Assembly: GCA_040954595.2 (NCBI GenBank)
Contig: CM082592.2
Coordinates: 6,241,531 to 6,305,530 of the forward strand
Direction: 5' to 3'
Length of the DNA: 64,000 nucleotides
Source of the DNA: Balanoglossus misakiensis
Taxonomy: Eukaryota > Animalia > Hemichordata
Numbering within the stretch: the first letter of the stretch is position 1; each line of letters starts with the position of its first letter. The notes under the pieces were generated by a model. That model had not been told where the DNA came from and ran no database searches. It saw only the letters and a list, made by a program, of their open reading frames with translations. The translations under genes were made by a program, and so were the position numbers. Of this stretch, positions 26,093 to 37,700 are shown one piece after another.

Positions 26093-27242
26093 GACAATAC
26101 TTTTTGACGTGTCGGGCGCGAGTTTGAGCACAGATGTACAAATGCCGCGATATCAATCGTCCAGATTCATTGAATCTAACAAATTCCCTTATACACACAC
26201 ACACTGCCCTATAGAAGCCTCATCGCTCTCCCATCCGTGTGGCCTTAATGACTTGCTGCTCTATGCGCGGCGAATACCAATGAATGAATATTTAATGAGA
26301 CTTTGAAATCTCCATATATACTCACAGGATATGACAACATGTTAACTGCAATGTTACAATTACTGACTTCACTCAGGTCACAATGAGGTCGTATGAATTT
26401 AAGAATATTGATTAAAAAGCATCTGCTCGACACCAAAGGGTAAATCATTATTTTTTTAAACTTTTTTTTCATATGAAATTTTAAATTCATCAGTAACAGA
26501 ATTTAAATGAATTTAAAGCCCAACTGCTTTTGAATAAATAAATAATAAAGTAGAAAGTAAAACTAATTTATTTTTACGATAGCGACCAAGACATGTGAAT
26601 TTTTTTAAATAATATACACAAGGCAGCTGTTTTAGTTGTACATTACGTGTTGTCAAATAAAATTACAAATCTACCATTTACTTTAATTATTTTTAATAGC
26701 ACTTTTTTCTTGATCAAGAATCATAATATGACTCCTGGATTTAGGTCTAAAATAAGCACACTTCCACAAGTTCATGGCCCAAGTTGCAATAGAAAGACGG
26801 AGATCTCGCCAGTTGTCTGCTCGGGTTTTAATATTCAGCGCATGGAGTTTATGGTTATTTACTGAGATTTCCATTAAGTCTAGACAGTTCTCCGGGATAG
26901 TGATTACATTCAGCATCTGGATTTACAGCATGTGAAAAGTGAAGGCACGCCACCATCAATCTCCATTATCCAGACAAAAGAGCATCTCTGGCCATATCAA
27001 GAAAAGTGCCTGTTTCTCACTCCTTATTCACGATCACAAAAAATAACATGTTATTCACTCAATTTATTATTCAATGTACATGTAGTGGAAAATCCCCATG
27101 TTGTCATTTCTAATATGCTAGGTTGAATCAGGTGACCACATCACATGATTGTGTCAGCTGATCTGAGATATTATGTGGGCTCTTGTCATCTAATTTAGTT
27201 CAAGGACACACTGTGAAATCAATAACCTCATGCCTGCATTTG

Positions 27243-27443
27243 TTGCCTTTTATGGTCACACATTAACAGTCAGGTGACCTGTTCATGTGATCAAAAGCAC
27301 TGGCGCAGTACAAGATGACCTAAATAGTGAACTCAATACCACCATGCCCACATTCCTTGCCTTTTATGGTCACATATTAAAAGTCAGGTGACTTGTCCAT
27401 GTGATCAAAAGCGCTGGCGCAGAACCAGATGACCAAAATAGTG
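27243..27443. repeat. Diverged ~87-bp direct duplication in the ATP7 5' region
   Basis: ttgccttttatggtcaca.attaa.agtcaggtgac.tgt.catgtgatcaaaagc.ctggcgcag..agatgacc.aaatagtg at 27243 and 27357. Confidence 0.85.
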
Positions 27444-28170
27444 GATGACATATTATGTTTATGAGGAACAAAGTTCTCCTGTGGATATTTGAACAGCAAA
27501 CACTTGAAATGCATGACACAGCAGCTTTGTGTCGATGCCAAGCTCTTCCCTGTGACGGGTACATTCGATAGTGAATATTTTACTGCAACCGGTCACCGAG
27601 TGATTCCACGAAACACACTGAAAACCAAAGAAACCACAAAAGCTCTGGAATGCTGATCACACATTCACTATCTCTCTTGCAAAACACTGATACAGAGAAT
27701 CCTGTCCAATAAATGTTGATGCAAACATGTAGTTTAAGGGTCCATCAATCAACAGGCTATGGCAGCTTAGAAGGTTCCAGTGCAAACAAACCTTTGGACA
27801 GCGATCATGTGTTCCTGCCCAAAGGCTTGACCTGGGTGGTACGCCTAAACAATCCAAGCGCTTCTAAATGCAAATAGGATCGTCGTAAGACCAAGTGTAT
27901 CGCAGTCTTTCCACCATCATGGAGGGACTGTGGTTGATAAAATATGGTGAGCTGAGCTGGCACACATTACACAAACCAGCTGGGTATGTGTGAAAGACTT
28001 TGGGACAGGTTTATCATCATATTTTCCCTTATTATTCGATTCACATCTGCCAGTGTTTTAAGAGCGACATCTGTACATGTGTCCTCGTGTAGTCATAAAT
28101 TATGCACACAAAACTGCGTCACAAAACTACGCTTACACCTATGATGATCATGCAAGTAAAAATAGTTCAG

Positions 28171-28251
28171 TAGCTCGAGGTTTTGCCTAGTTTGTGTGTT
28201 GGACGGCAAAATCGTCAAACACACAAACAAGGCAAGATAGTCCTCGAGCTA
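28171..28251. mobile_element. 81-bp hairpin element with TAG...CTA ends
   Basis: tagctcgagg / cctcgagcta termini, with inner stem ttgcct.gtttgtgtgtt.gacg / cgtc.aacacacaaac.aggcaa. Confidence 0.65.
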
Positions 28252-29083
28252 AACTTTTTACGTTATTTTAGCTTTTAATAGCTTCACACACTGGACGCCC
28301 ATGAGGACATAGATTTGGCGACGACAAGGAGAAATTGTCTGTGATCCTGACGAGTTGCTCGTTCATGCTATTTGCTACAGTTCTGGGGACAGCAGGCGGG
28401 ACAGCCTGTGTTTTTTCTCACAGCTATTAACAGTAGGTGAAAACTGTGAAACTGTGATCAGTTAGCACCTACTTCACGCCTTTGGGGGGGGACACTTGGA
28501 CAAAGTGTCAGACTGGTTAACGTGTGAACAACTATAGCCATAGCTGTAATACTTGTAGCATTGGTGGGCTGGTTTGGTGGCTCGCAGACAAAGAGAAAAT
28601 TTGTCTGTGAGTGGTTTGATCCCCAGCCCACCAAGGCTACAATTATTGCAGCTACTATAGCAACTGCAATGTCAGTTGTCACTGGGGCGGGTTTACATCA
28701 CCCTTCCTTGACTAAAACCGATCTCCCTTGATCCCGGTGTTTCAAGTAACAAACGGAGCACTGCTTTGGTAATGACACTTCATTGCTACGCCAGAATTCT
28801 ACAAGCTGGCAGCTCGATGATCTGGAATGCGGCCGTTTCTCGACTCACGCGATTGCCCGATTCACACCCGCCATTTTTTGTTGGTAAAAGCGGCGAATAA
28901 TCGCTAAAATAACAACACCTCATGATGAATTATTCAATCGATCCTCTGGCAGACATAGTGATTTCAATATAGAGAAAAAAATGTACAACATACCTGTTAT
29001 AATATTGCTCCAGTTTTGCAGCGTTTGACAAAAGTGGCTTCGCACCCGATAATCAACAATGTTTGTCTGACTTTTGCAATACG

Positions 29084-29149
29084 GTCACGTGACTGGTCAT
29101 GTGATTAGCCCATGTGACCGAGTCGACCGACCGCATTTGTCACCTGATC
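29084..29149. promoter_or_regulatory. Cluster of CLEAR/M-box E-boxes at the putative ATP7 promoter
   Basis: GTCACGTGAC 29084-29093, GTCATGTGAT 29096-29105, CATGTGAC 29111-29118 and GTCACCTGAT ~29139-29148, just 5' of a candidate non-coding exon with donor AG|GTATGT at 28994. Confidence 0.6.
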
Positions 29150-30417
29150 ATTCTAGAACATTTGCCATTACTCCAAATACTGTTTCCCCGTCAGAAAATA
29201 TACATTATGTATTTAAATGTGTGAATGCGTAAATTTTTCGCATCCACAAGCCTAATTATGTTTCGCAATAATTGTAATGCACATTTGCCCGAAAACAAGG
29301 TTAAGGGTGACTCCCATATCAGTCACTGACCTTTACTGTTTTGCTGTTGATTTAATTGTTGCTTCTCCCCGTCACACCAGCCCCTTCCTCCTTTATCAGT
29401 CTATAGTGAGTGAATGAGTGTTTGTTATCATTTATGATTTTTAAATAAAATAAAGAAACATTGGAAATCTGTTTTAATAATTGTTTTGTGCTTCAAACTC
29501 AGTCATATATTCCTGAAAGAACCTGCATGTCAGGTTGTCGATGTTGACAAACAAAAACTGGTGGTTCAATCCTTCTGGACTTGAAGTAGGCCATAATAGG
29601 GTAATTTTAATCCAATTAGCTCATTTATTGGTTACATAATCTGCACAGTGATTATTCACTTGGTCTTATTTCAGGAACATAGTTATAATGTGAAGCAACA
29701 ATTCTCATGGTATTTATATAATGAAACAACAAACAACATGACAGTTAATGGCAAAATTCAAATATTTATTCATAAACCGTTGTGAATCTTTTTAATTTGT
29801 ACAGACAGATTTCACTGTAAAATAACCTATAAACATGTAACAATATATTGAATTGTTTATACATTGAATAGTGAACTGCTGTTCCCAACCATGTAACTAA
29901 ATACATGTACATTCCGCTCAATTCATGTTGATTAAAGTTGTATATATTGTCAACTCCACAATGGAAAGATAGAAACTCGGGCTGATTTATTGCAGAAAAT
30001 ACACAATTTCTCGCCATTACATTCACCCCTAATACTACACACAAAAACTTCTATATCATGTCATCGTTGACTTGCTTTGGCAAAGAGTTGAACTGGATCC
30101 TGCCAAACTGTGACAAGACGTCGACAAACAAACAAATTTTACGCATCATATCATTCTTCGCACCCAGTGACCAGACTTGGTAAGATGTCTCGCCATAAAG
30201 TTTTAGCAACAGTCGGCAAAAAGTACTTCATCATCATTCATGAATTATAAGCTTTAATTTTAGCTTACCCAACAGGATCTATACACAATAAACAAACTCA
30301 ACTTTTTCTACACATCAGTAAGTATTGCTGTCAGCACCGTCTTGAGTAATAAGGTAGGATTATCTCCCGCCACAGGTTCCAATCTCAGAAATGTTCTCCA
30401 AAAAGTGTGGTAGGATA

Positions 30418-30434
30418 GTGCCCTCTACTGGCCA
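30418..30434 (-). promoter_or_regulatory. Candidate CTCF-like motif
   Basis: Minus strand reads TGGCCAGTAGAGGGCAC(TA), a close match to the CTCF core. Confidence 0.5.
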
Positions 30435-30875
30435 ATATGGCCCAATTATTGATGCATGGAGAATTCCTCAAAATAACAAAATGTGTCAAGCTACAAATAT
30501 CAGGTTGATTACCAATAACTGAAAAACTTCAGCACCCAAGATGTGATATCTGCTAGAGAATAGCAAATTGAAAAGACAATGAACTTTACTAGGCTTTGCA
30601 AAAACAAACTGGGAAACCCCTAGTTTGACTTCACAAATCATGTACAATAAATTGGTATGTAAAATTAATTCATGTGATGGGATCATTGTGCATAAGTTTT
30701 TTCAAGAAGAATTTCTGAAATGCGAAACTGTTTAATGATTATCATGTATATCAGTGAAATTATAGAGATAAACATAAAAATGTGTACTGTAATTCTTTTG
30801 TGTTCTCACTGAACTGTTTGTGAGAGCTAGCACAGGGCAGCAGTAGTTTAGATTTCTGACTGAAATCTTTCAAAA

Positions 30876-32090
30876 CTATGACAGGTCAATGAGCAGTGCG
30901 TCCGTGGCACTTGGAGGTGATGTCAACGTGGGCCCCCGGCTATTGCTGATTGCTGGTGCACCTGGGTTTACAGATGGTGACGGTGCCATCAGGTCCATGA
31001 AGGGGTCGTTGACAATGTCCGCTGGAACTGGCGGTGTCGGTTTCCGCAGGTCAAATTTTGGTCCCTCCGTGTCCGATTCGCCGGGGGGTAGCGGGGGCAT
31101 GGGTTTCTGCATTCGGCGCTGGTCTCGCGCCAGTCGGTGCTCGTTCACCCTCTTGATGATGAGCATGCCGAACTCCTCGTGCATCTCCCGGAACGTCCTG
31201 ATGGAGACCACCTGGTCGTGGAACACCGAGTGGCCTGTTGCCTGGCTCTGCAGCCGCGGCAGGCTGCCGCTCTTCGCGACCGCGCTGTTGGTGCTGAATG
31301 CGCGGGTGAGATTGAGGCTCTGGCTGATCGGGGTCGGCTCGAAGAACATAGACTTGGCCTGGGGCGGCCTGCCCTTGGACCGCGGGGGGATGGGCGGCGG
31401 GGGCGCCCCGCTGTCGTCCAACCCCGGAACTTTCATCCCTTTCTTCAGCTCCGTTCTCAAGAAATCATTGGCGTTTATCCCCGGGTAATCGCGCGGGACC
31501 GTCGACCTGGGAAGGCACTGGGTCTTGGCCTTTTCGTACTGGTTCTCGAGGTAGAACGTGGTTCGTTTCGGGTTCGGGGAGACGTCCTGGGCGCACATCA
31601 GATTAAACGCAACAGCCGCTGCCGGGGCCGTTTTCCTGCCCCCGACAGCTCCCAACAGAACCTCGTCCCCTGTTCCGAAGTTCGCCTCGGAATCATATTG
31701 GGTCATCTGATCAAACTGCCTCTGGAGTTCCTCCACCATCGATTTCATGTAGTCGTAGTTTGCCATGGAGACGGCCCTCATCCAATCCGTCATCTCCGCG
31801 TGGCTGTCTGCCTGCACGATGTAGGTGCGTGTGCTGTACCCTTGAAATGTGATGTGAAAGGTAAACGTATCCCCATCGGCCAGCTCGACTATAGCCCCCT
31901 CAAGTATAATCACACCTATTGGGTCTTTATCTCCCCTCTTTTCAAAGTAGTACAAGAGGTTTCCTTTCAGCACAAACCAGCGCTTCTGAAAGCTCTTGTT
32001 GAGCTCCCCTCTCTTGTTCAACCATCCTTCCTTATCTACCGGTGAACTGCACGTTGCATAGTTTGCCACATTCTTTTCGTTTAGCCTCAT
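30876..32090 (-). CDS. PHETA1: Sesquipedalian / PH domain-containing endocytic trafficking adaptor (FAM109/IPIP27), 404 aa, single coding exon
   Basis: N-terminus MRLNEKNVANYATCSSPVDKEGWLNKRGE..RWFVLKGNLLYYFE (PH domain), coiled coil, PPIPPR and OCRL-binding F&H motif TFREMHEEFG. Candidate 5' UTR intron 32145-32708. Confidence 0.92.
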   Translation of the reverse strand: MRLNEKNVANYATCSSPVDKEGWLNKRGELNKSFQKRWFVLKGNLLYYFEKRGDKDPIGVIILEGAIVELADGDTFTFHITFQGYSTRTYIVQADSHAEMTDWMRAVSMANYDYMKSMVEELQRQFDQMTQYDSEANFGTGDEVLLGAVGGRKTAPAAAVAFNLMCAQDVSPNPKRTTFYLENQYEKAKTQCLPRSTVPRDYPGINANDFLRTELKKGMKVPGLDDSGAPPPPIPPRSKGRPPQAKSMFFEPTPISQSLNLTRAFSTNSAVAKSGSLPRLQSQATGHSVFHDQVVSIRTFREMHEEFGMLIIKRVNEHRLARDQRRMQKPMPPLPPGESDTEGPKFDLRKPTPPVPADIVNDPFMDLMAPSPSVNPGAPAISNSRGPTLTSPPSATDALLIDLS

Positions 32091-32823
32091 CGTGATTCGT
32101 GAATGATATTATGCTCACAAGACAGTCAATACTAAACGTAATCCCTGCACAGTCACATATATTTGTTGTTGGTTGTGTTGCCGGCTATTTTAGCCGAGGC
32201 ATTCAGGTGTTGTTGTTGTTGTTTTGTTTTGTTTTTTGTTTTCTTTTTCAGTACGACCAGCCGTTTTGCACTTGTTTCATTACTCACGCAGTATGTTGTT
32301 TGATGGCAACAGCTAAGCCACAGAAAGCACCTCGAAATCGAATCACCGGCGTCAACCACGGGTTGTTTGTAGCCGCATATGATCTGTATCTTTGCTGTCT
32401 CAATACACTTCACAAACGATCGGACCGTGTATGGGCGGTGGTGAGTACAGCGAGTTGTCTGTCCCAGAACGATAGAGGAAGTACCAGTGAATATGTCTTC
32501 GGCAGCTGGCAAGCATTCAATTTTGCGATTGTCAGTCTCTTCCCAAATAATATCTATTTCCTGGGTTACAAAGCCATGGTGCAGTAGACGCCCTCTGCAA
32601 CGTTCACCATCAACGTGACGACGAATCGAAACTCACGCGCTCCACGCTGATCCCAAGATTACTACAACATGTCATCTGGCAGCAAATGTTTGGTAATTGG
32701 TAACTTACTCATCAAAACGACGTTTCCGACAAAATAGCAGCTAGATGTGGCGTATTCCCTCTATTAGATCTGCTTCTGAGATGACACAGTAAGGATAACC
32801 GGACTTTACCCTTTGACCTAAAT

Positions 32824-32860
32824 ATCACGTGACTAAAATAACAGAAGTTATGTTCACGTG
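32824..32860. promoter_or_regulatory. E-box/CLEAR-like motifs at the putative PHETA promoter
   Basis: ATCACGTGAC 32824-32833 and TCACGTG 32854-32860, just upstream of the candidate 5' UTR exon. Confidence 0.45.
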
Positions 32861-33486
32861 TGTTATTAGTATACATGTAGCAGTGATTTTTGCCAACAAA
32901 ATATTTTTAAAATGACAATATTTGAATGCGCACGTATTATTTTGAGAAAAAGGTTCGGTTTTCCTGTTGACCTTGGTTGACCTTTGCCATCATTGGCGAG
33001 ACTGGCGAAAGAGCGCAGCCAGCGGCAGAACGGGAACCTGCCCTGACCACGGTCAATACATGTACATGTAGTTCGATCGCAGTCAATGTCAAGAGCAATT
33101 CACATGTATTCTTAGACTAAATTACTGTAATCATTGATCAGTTGATGACGTTAATGTATGTTGCAACACGCACCCATACACACAATATTTGATTCACACT
33201 GAGTTTGCATAGGGAGCGAGAATTCCTCATATTAAATTCTTAAGAAACAACACAACCACAGTGTCCATTAGAAAATGAGATTTATTGATTCAGTTGCACT
33301 TTTATGATACAAAAAATGTTTGTGAGACTTCTGTGAGAACCCCTACAAAACAATGGACCATGCCATATGCTCCTGGATGAATTGCACACAGGATTGTACC
33401 AAAGTGGTGTCACAGAAAGAAGACAGGGGGACATAAAATGCTGAAGACAATTTGAAATTATTCACAAAAAATCTATATCTATGGCC

Positions 33487-33579
33487 TTAACCCTTTCACC
33501 ACCATGGTTCAGTCCAACCCTACTGTTTTCTATGGTTAGGTTGGACCTCTAAAGAGGGAACTGGGGGTGAAAGGGTTAG
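33487..33579. mobile_element. ~85-bp piggyBac-type MITE, copy 1
   Basis: TTAA-CCCTTTCACC ... GGTGAAAGGG-TTAG; homologous in reverse orientation to 57033-57119. Confidence 0.8.
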
Positions 33580-34775
33580 TATGAGAATTGGATTGCACCA
33601 GTTTGTCAGACTATACCAAAAACTAGAAGAAACAATAAGACACACAGACAAATCTTAAAAGGTAGAAAGTGATTTCCATTGTTATGACATCATAGAAAAA
33701 AATTCAGCCATTTTGAAAACTAGAAGCACGATTTTCAATGAAAAAAAGTATAATATACAGCCACCTTTCAATGAATGGATACCATTTTAAAGTACTCAAC
33801 CAATATCCCAATGTACTTTGTTCTGTTGTTGCAACACCCACCTTGTCTTAAGGACTGATAAAAGTAAAAAAATATTACCAAAATTTCATTGTTTTATCTA
33901 TATTAGCACATTCTGGATTTATTTGTATTTTTTTAAAAGAGACAATAATGGAGATCAACCTCATAAAAGCTGAATTCTTAAAATCATCTTTCACGGAAAT
34001 GGTTGGATTCTGGTATTTCCTCCTAAAGGAAGGAAAGTGAGTTTTGAAACCCCAGCCAGTCCCATGCAGAGATCACCCAGGAGATTTTGTTTAACGACCA
34101 GCTATTGTGCGCTGGACAGTGTTTGGAATTGCCATCATCAGAAAAAATTTACATCAAGAGATATCTACATGCTGCTTTCAGCCCTGATTTTAGAAGAAGA
34201 CAGTTTAAATTATTTTCTCAAAAGAAAATGTGTTCACTACATAACTTACATTTGTGAAGATTGCTGTCATTGAGGATTGAGGGGGTAACTGCCTTTCTGA
34301 TCAAAAAGTACATATTGGGTTAGAGTGGGATTTGGGAGATGACTGTCTTGGCTTTTGATAATGTTGGAAACTATATGATAATACACGAGACTGGTGGAGA
34401 ATCGATGCAAATTACCGAGAATGAAGAGGATAGAAGAGTAGATTGGCAACGAGTGCATGCTTGGCTTGAAGTACAGTTTGACTGTTAACAAAAAAAAACA
34501 ATGAGTGGGGTGAACTGCATTGGTTGAAATAATGGCCACAGTTTCTGGAAATATCGTCATAATGTTGAAATAACGCTTGCACTAAGACATTTTCTACAAT
34601 GCACTCTGAGAAGAAAAATTCGAAGACAGGATTTTCACAGATATTAAATTGTTCGGTCAGTTTCACTGGTTGAAATCACGCACACACACACAGATTCTGA
34701 TCTAGCTATTTGTCGCTGTGCAGTGGCCGCGCAAAGTGATGACATCACAGCATTCTGGGCTGCCAAAGATAGCAG

Positions 34776-37700
34776 TTATAATTTCAAGGTGTTCAAGAAA
34801 TCAATCTTCTGTTTAAGTAAGTCTGAGAGTTCCTTGGAGGACTGCTTGTAGCTCTGCTCTATCTTCGCCCACATCTTGGTTTCATGTTCCTGGTCAATCT
34901 GCAGAAATGAAAGCAAACATATGTCAAGAACTGTATATAATTAAAACATGTACATGTTTAACAAAATTTCTGCCTTCAAAAATTCCACTCAGTCAAAACA
35001 ATGCTGTTGCCATAAAGACTTCATGGAGTGGAAACCTTCCCTTACCTCATCAAATTTCTCTGGATCCTGAAGGCTGAGTTTGCTCAGCTCCAGGGAGACA
35101 AAGACCGGATCTATTTCCAACACGCTGACGTGGAGCTCATCCGCGAGCTTCTGCAAACTCTCCAGGAAAGACTTGAATTTCTGAAATACTTCTGGCTGGA
35201 ATTGGAAACAGTTAAGAGGTCAGGTGTATTAGAACATGATGTTGAACATAAATTCAACGTTTCACCCCAATCCTTCCTAATATCCAGGAATACTAGTCCA
35301 ACTGTGCCAGGGTAAAAAGTGTGCAACATTCCAAAACGTTATTTAGAAATATTCTACTTGACAAACAGAAAAGACACACAGACGCAAGACACACAGACAC
35401 GGCTCTTGCTTACCATTGGCTGGCCACCTCCTTTCTTCTTCCTGTTTCTCTTCGCTATATTAGATTTGATTGGTTTAAGAAGTTTATAGCACACTCCACA
35501 CAGGAGGCTAAGGTAGCTGATGCTCTGAAAAAATCAAGGATCGAGAAACGAAAACTGTCAATCATGTTTCTTGCCTGTACGTGACAACACACAGTATGAT
35601 GTAACAACTGATATGATGGAGGTGTACACTTTACTTACTTGCAGGAGCCCATATTAAGAGTGAACCCCTGAATCCCAGCTATAGTAAGTGCATATCTTGG
35701 CAGGCACAGGCTCATTTTGCAAACTTGTCAGTGACTTTACTAAGCATACCCCCTTTAATTCTATGTTACAGTGGTCATTTCAAAGTTCTACAACCCAGCT
35801 TTCTGATGTCAGATATTCACTGAACACAATGCCTTTCCTTCATGACATTAACTTCACATCACACCGACCAAAATTACCAAAGTACAGGAGGAATTTAACT
35901 TTACAGAAAATAATATCCAGACAGCTTTAAACCCAGACATTTCCCCACCCTCCAATTAGGGTTAGGGATTTAGGACAGGTGTCTGTCTCAGAACCCAGAA
36001 ACCCAGGAAAACACACCAGAACCCTACCTCTGTTAGAAACACTAACTGTGGTAATATATGCCGGTTGAATTTCTTCTGGCCATCAAATTCTGTTATAAGA
36101 CTATCTTTATGCTTTGACAGTGTACCTGTTAACAAAACCAAACACACTCATCTATTGGGGTGTCATGCATGTCACAATCAGAAAAATCATGTTTCTTGAC
36201 CTTTTTCAGGCACAAATTCTATAAACTGATAAAGATTTGTGAAGAGAGATTATTTCACACTGCAGATATTTAAAAAGTTCACACTTGTTTGTCATCACAG
36301 GACATTATCAAGTTTTAACCGCACACAATGTGGAAACAGCAAAACATTTCTATCCTAAACACGTACAAAATGGCTGTAAATAGTCTGAAACACATCTGTA
36401 TATGTAGTTTTTAAACTAGGACTACACCCCAGGTGTTGGAAATTTAGAAATGTTAGATGAAGAATGACACAGGAGAAAAAATGGGGTTGTCACCTTGGAG
36501 GCTGTCTAGGATTTCTTGAAGATATCCCTTTATCCTTTCTTGCACATCATCTGAGTTGTCTGCAAGAGATTCACATCAAATGTGGAAATTAGACAAAGAG
36601 ACCGACAGCAATGAACAAAATACCATTACCATTATCAAGAGTAGCTGCATCCAAATGATCTGGAACCCCCTGATGAAACTGTTAAATTAAGTTCTGCAAC
36701 TTCATTTTCCCCAAAGGACTGTGATATCTGTTGTGCAAAGCTTACCAATTCCATTGACTTGTAAATGTTGGATGTCTGAAGTAACCTTCAGCATGTTGAG
36801 TATGACGAGACCGTGTTTGCCGTCGATGTACTGCCCGGTCCTACTTGCGGGCGGACCCAGCAGGGCAAACTGAAATAAAAGGGGAAAATCAGAACAGATG
36901 TGACATGCCATGCAAGACTTAGAGACAGCAATGTCCTCTCATTGCATACAGTCAAATGACAGGGCTCTGGTAACAGTGAAAGTCTGTACGCTATGAGCAC
37001 TACTGAACTAGCAATTGTAAACTCCAAAAAAAAAAAGCCTGCGTCACACAACACTGTTGTATATCAGTCAATCTGACATCAAACATGTAACCATATCTTA
37101 AACTGTGACTCTGCTCACCTTTCTCCGAGTCAGGGGTTTCTGATCAAAATCTCCCAGACACTTTTCAAACTCCTCTATGAGAGATTTCAACGTCTCGGCA
37201 CTGTCTGGAGACTCGGTGCCATTACTCGTCGAAGCGCCCTCTGTGGTGTCATTTGGTGGAGGGATCAGCTGGGCGCATGCTGCCAGACTACGCAACAGCA
37301 GACTACAGAGTTTCAACCAGTCTTTCTCCAACTCAAAGGAGTCCTTCTTGTCCTGCTCTGTAAGCTGCCTGAAAAGTTTTCCGAAATGACAACGGTGGGA
37401 AATCTAGGTGTGATATTGAACATTATTGGAAATGCCCAAATTGAAGTGAAAAAGTATTTTTTTTTCACACTGATATTCTAAGAAACTCGTAACACTAATA
37501 GACTATCACACGCAACATACTTACTTCGCTTCTGGGTCCCACGAAATGAGCAATCCTAAATCCCTGTTGTCACTCATTTCATTCCAGCGAATTTCATCTG
37601 AAAATATTCAACATGTAATTCCAACGAAACACAATCACACTATCAGTTCCAAAACCCTTGTAGGTCACTGGAAAAGCAGATTTTCATAGGAAGCGGTGAA

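Noticed and set aside
28103-28109. Metal response element TGCACAC near the ATP7 5' end
   Set aside because: A single 7-mer match is expected by chance, and no cluster was seen.
30889-32045. Plus-strand ORFs of 199 and 302 aa
   Set aside because: Antisense to the GC-rich PHETA coding exon, with no recognisable motifs.
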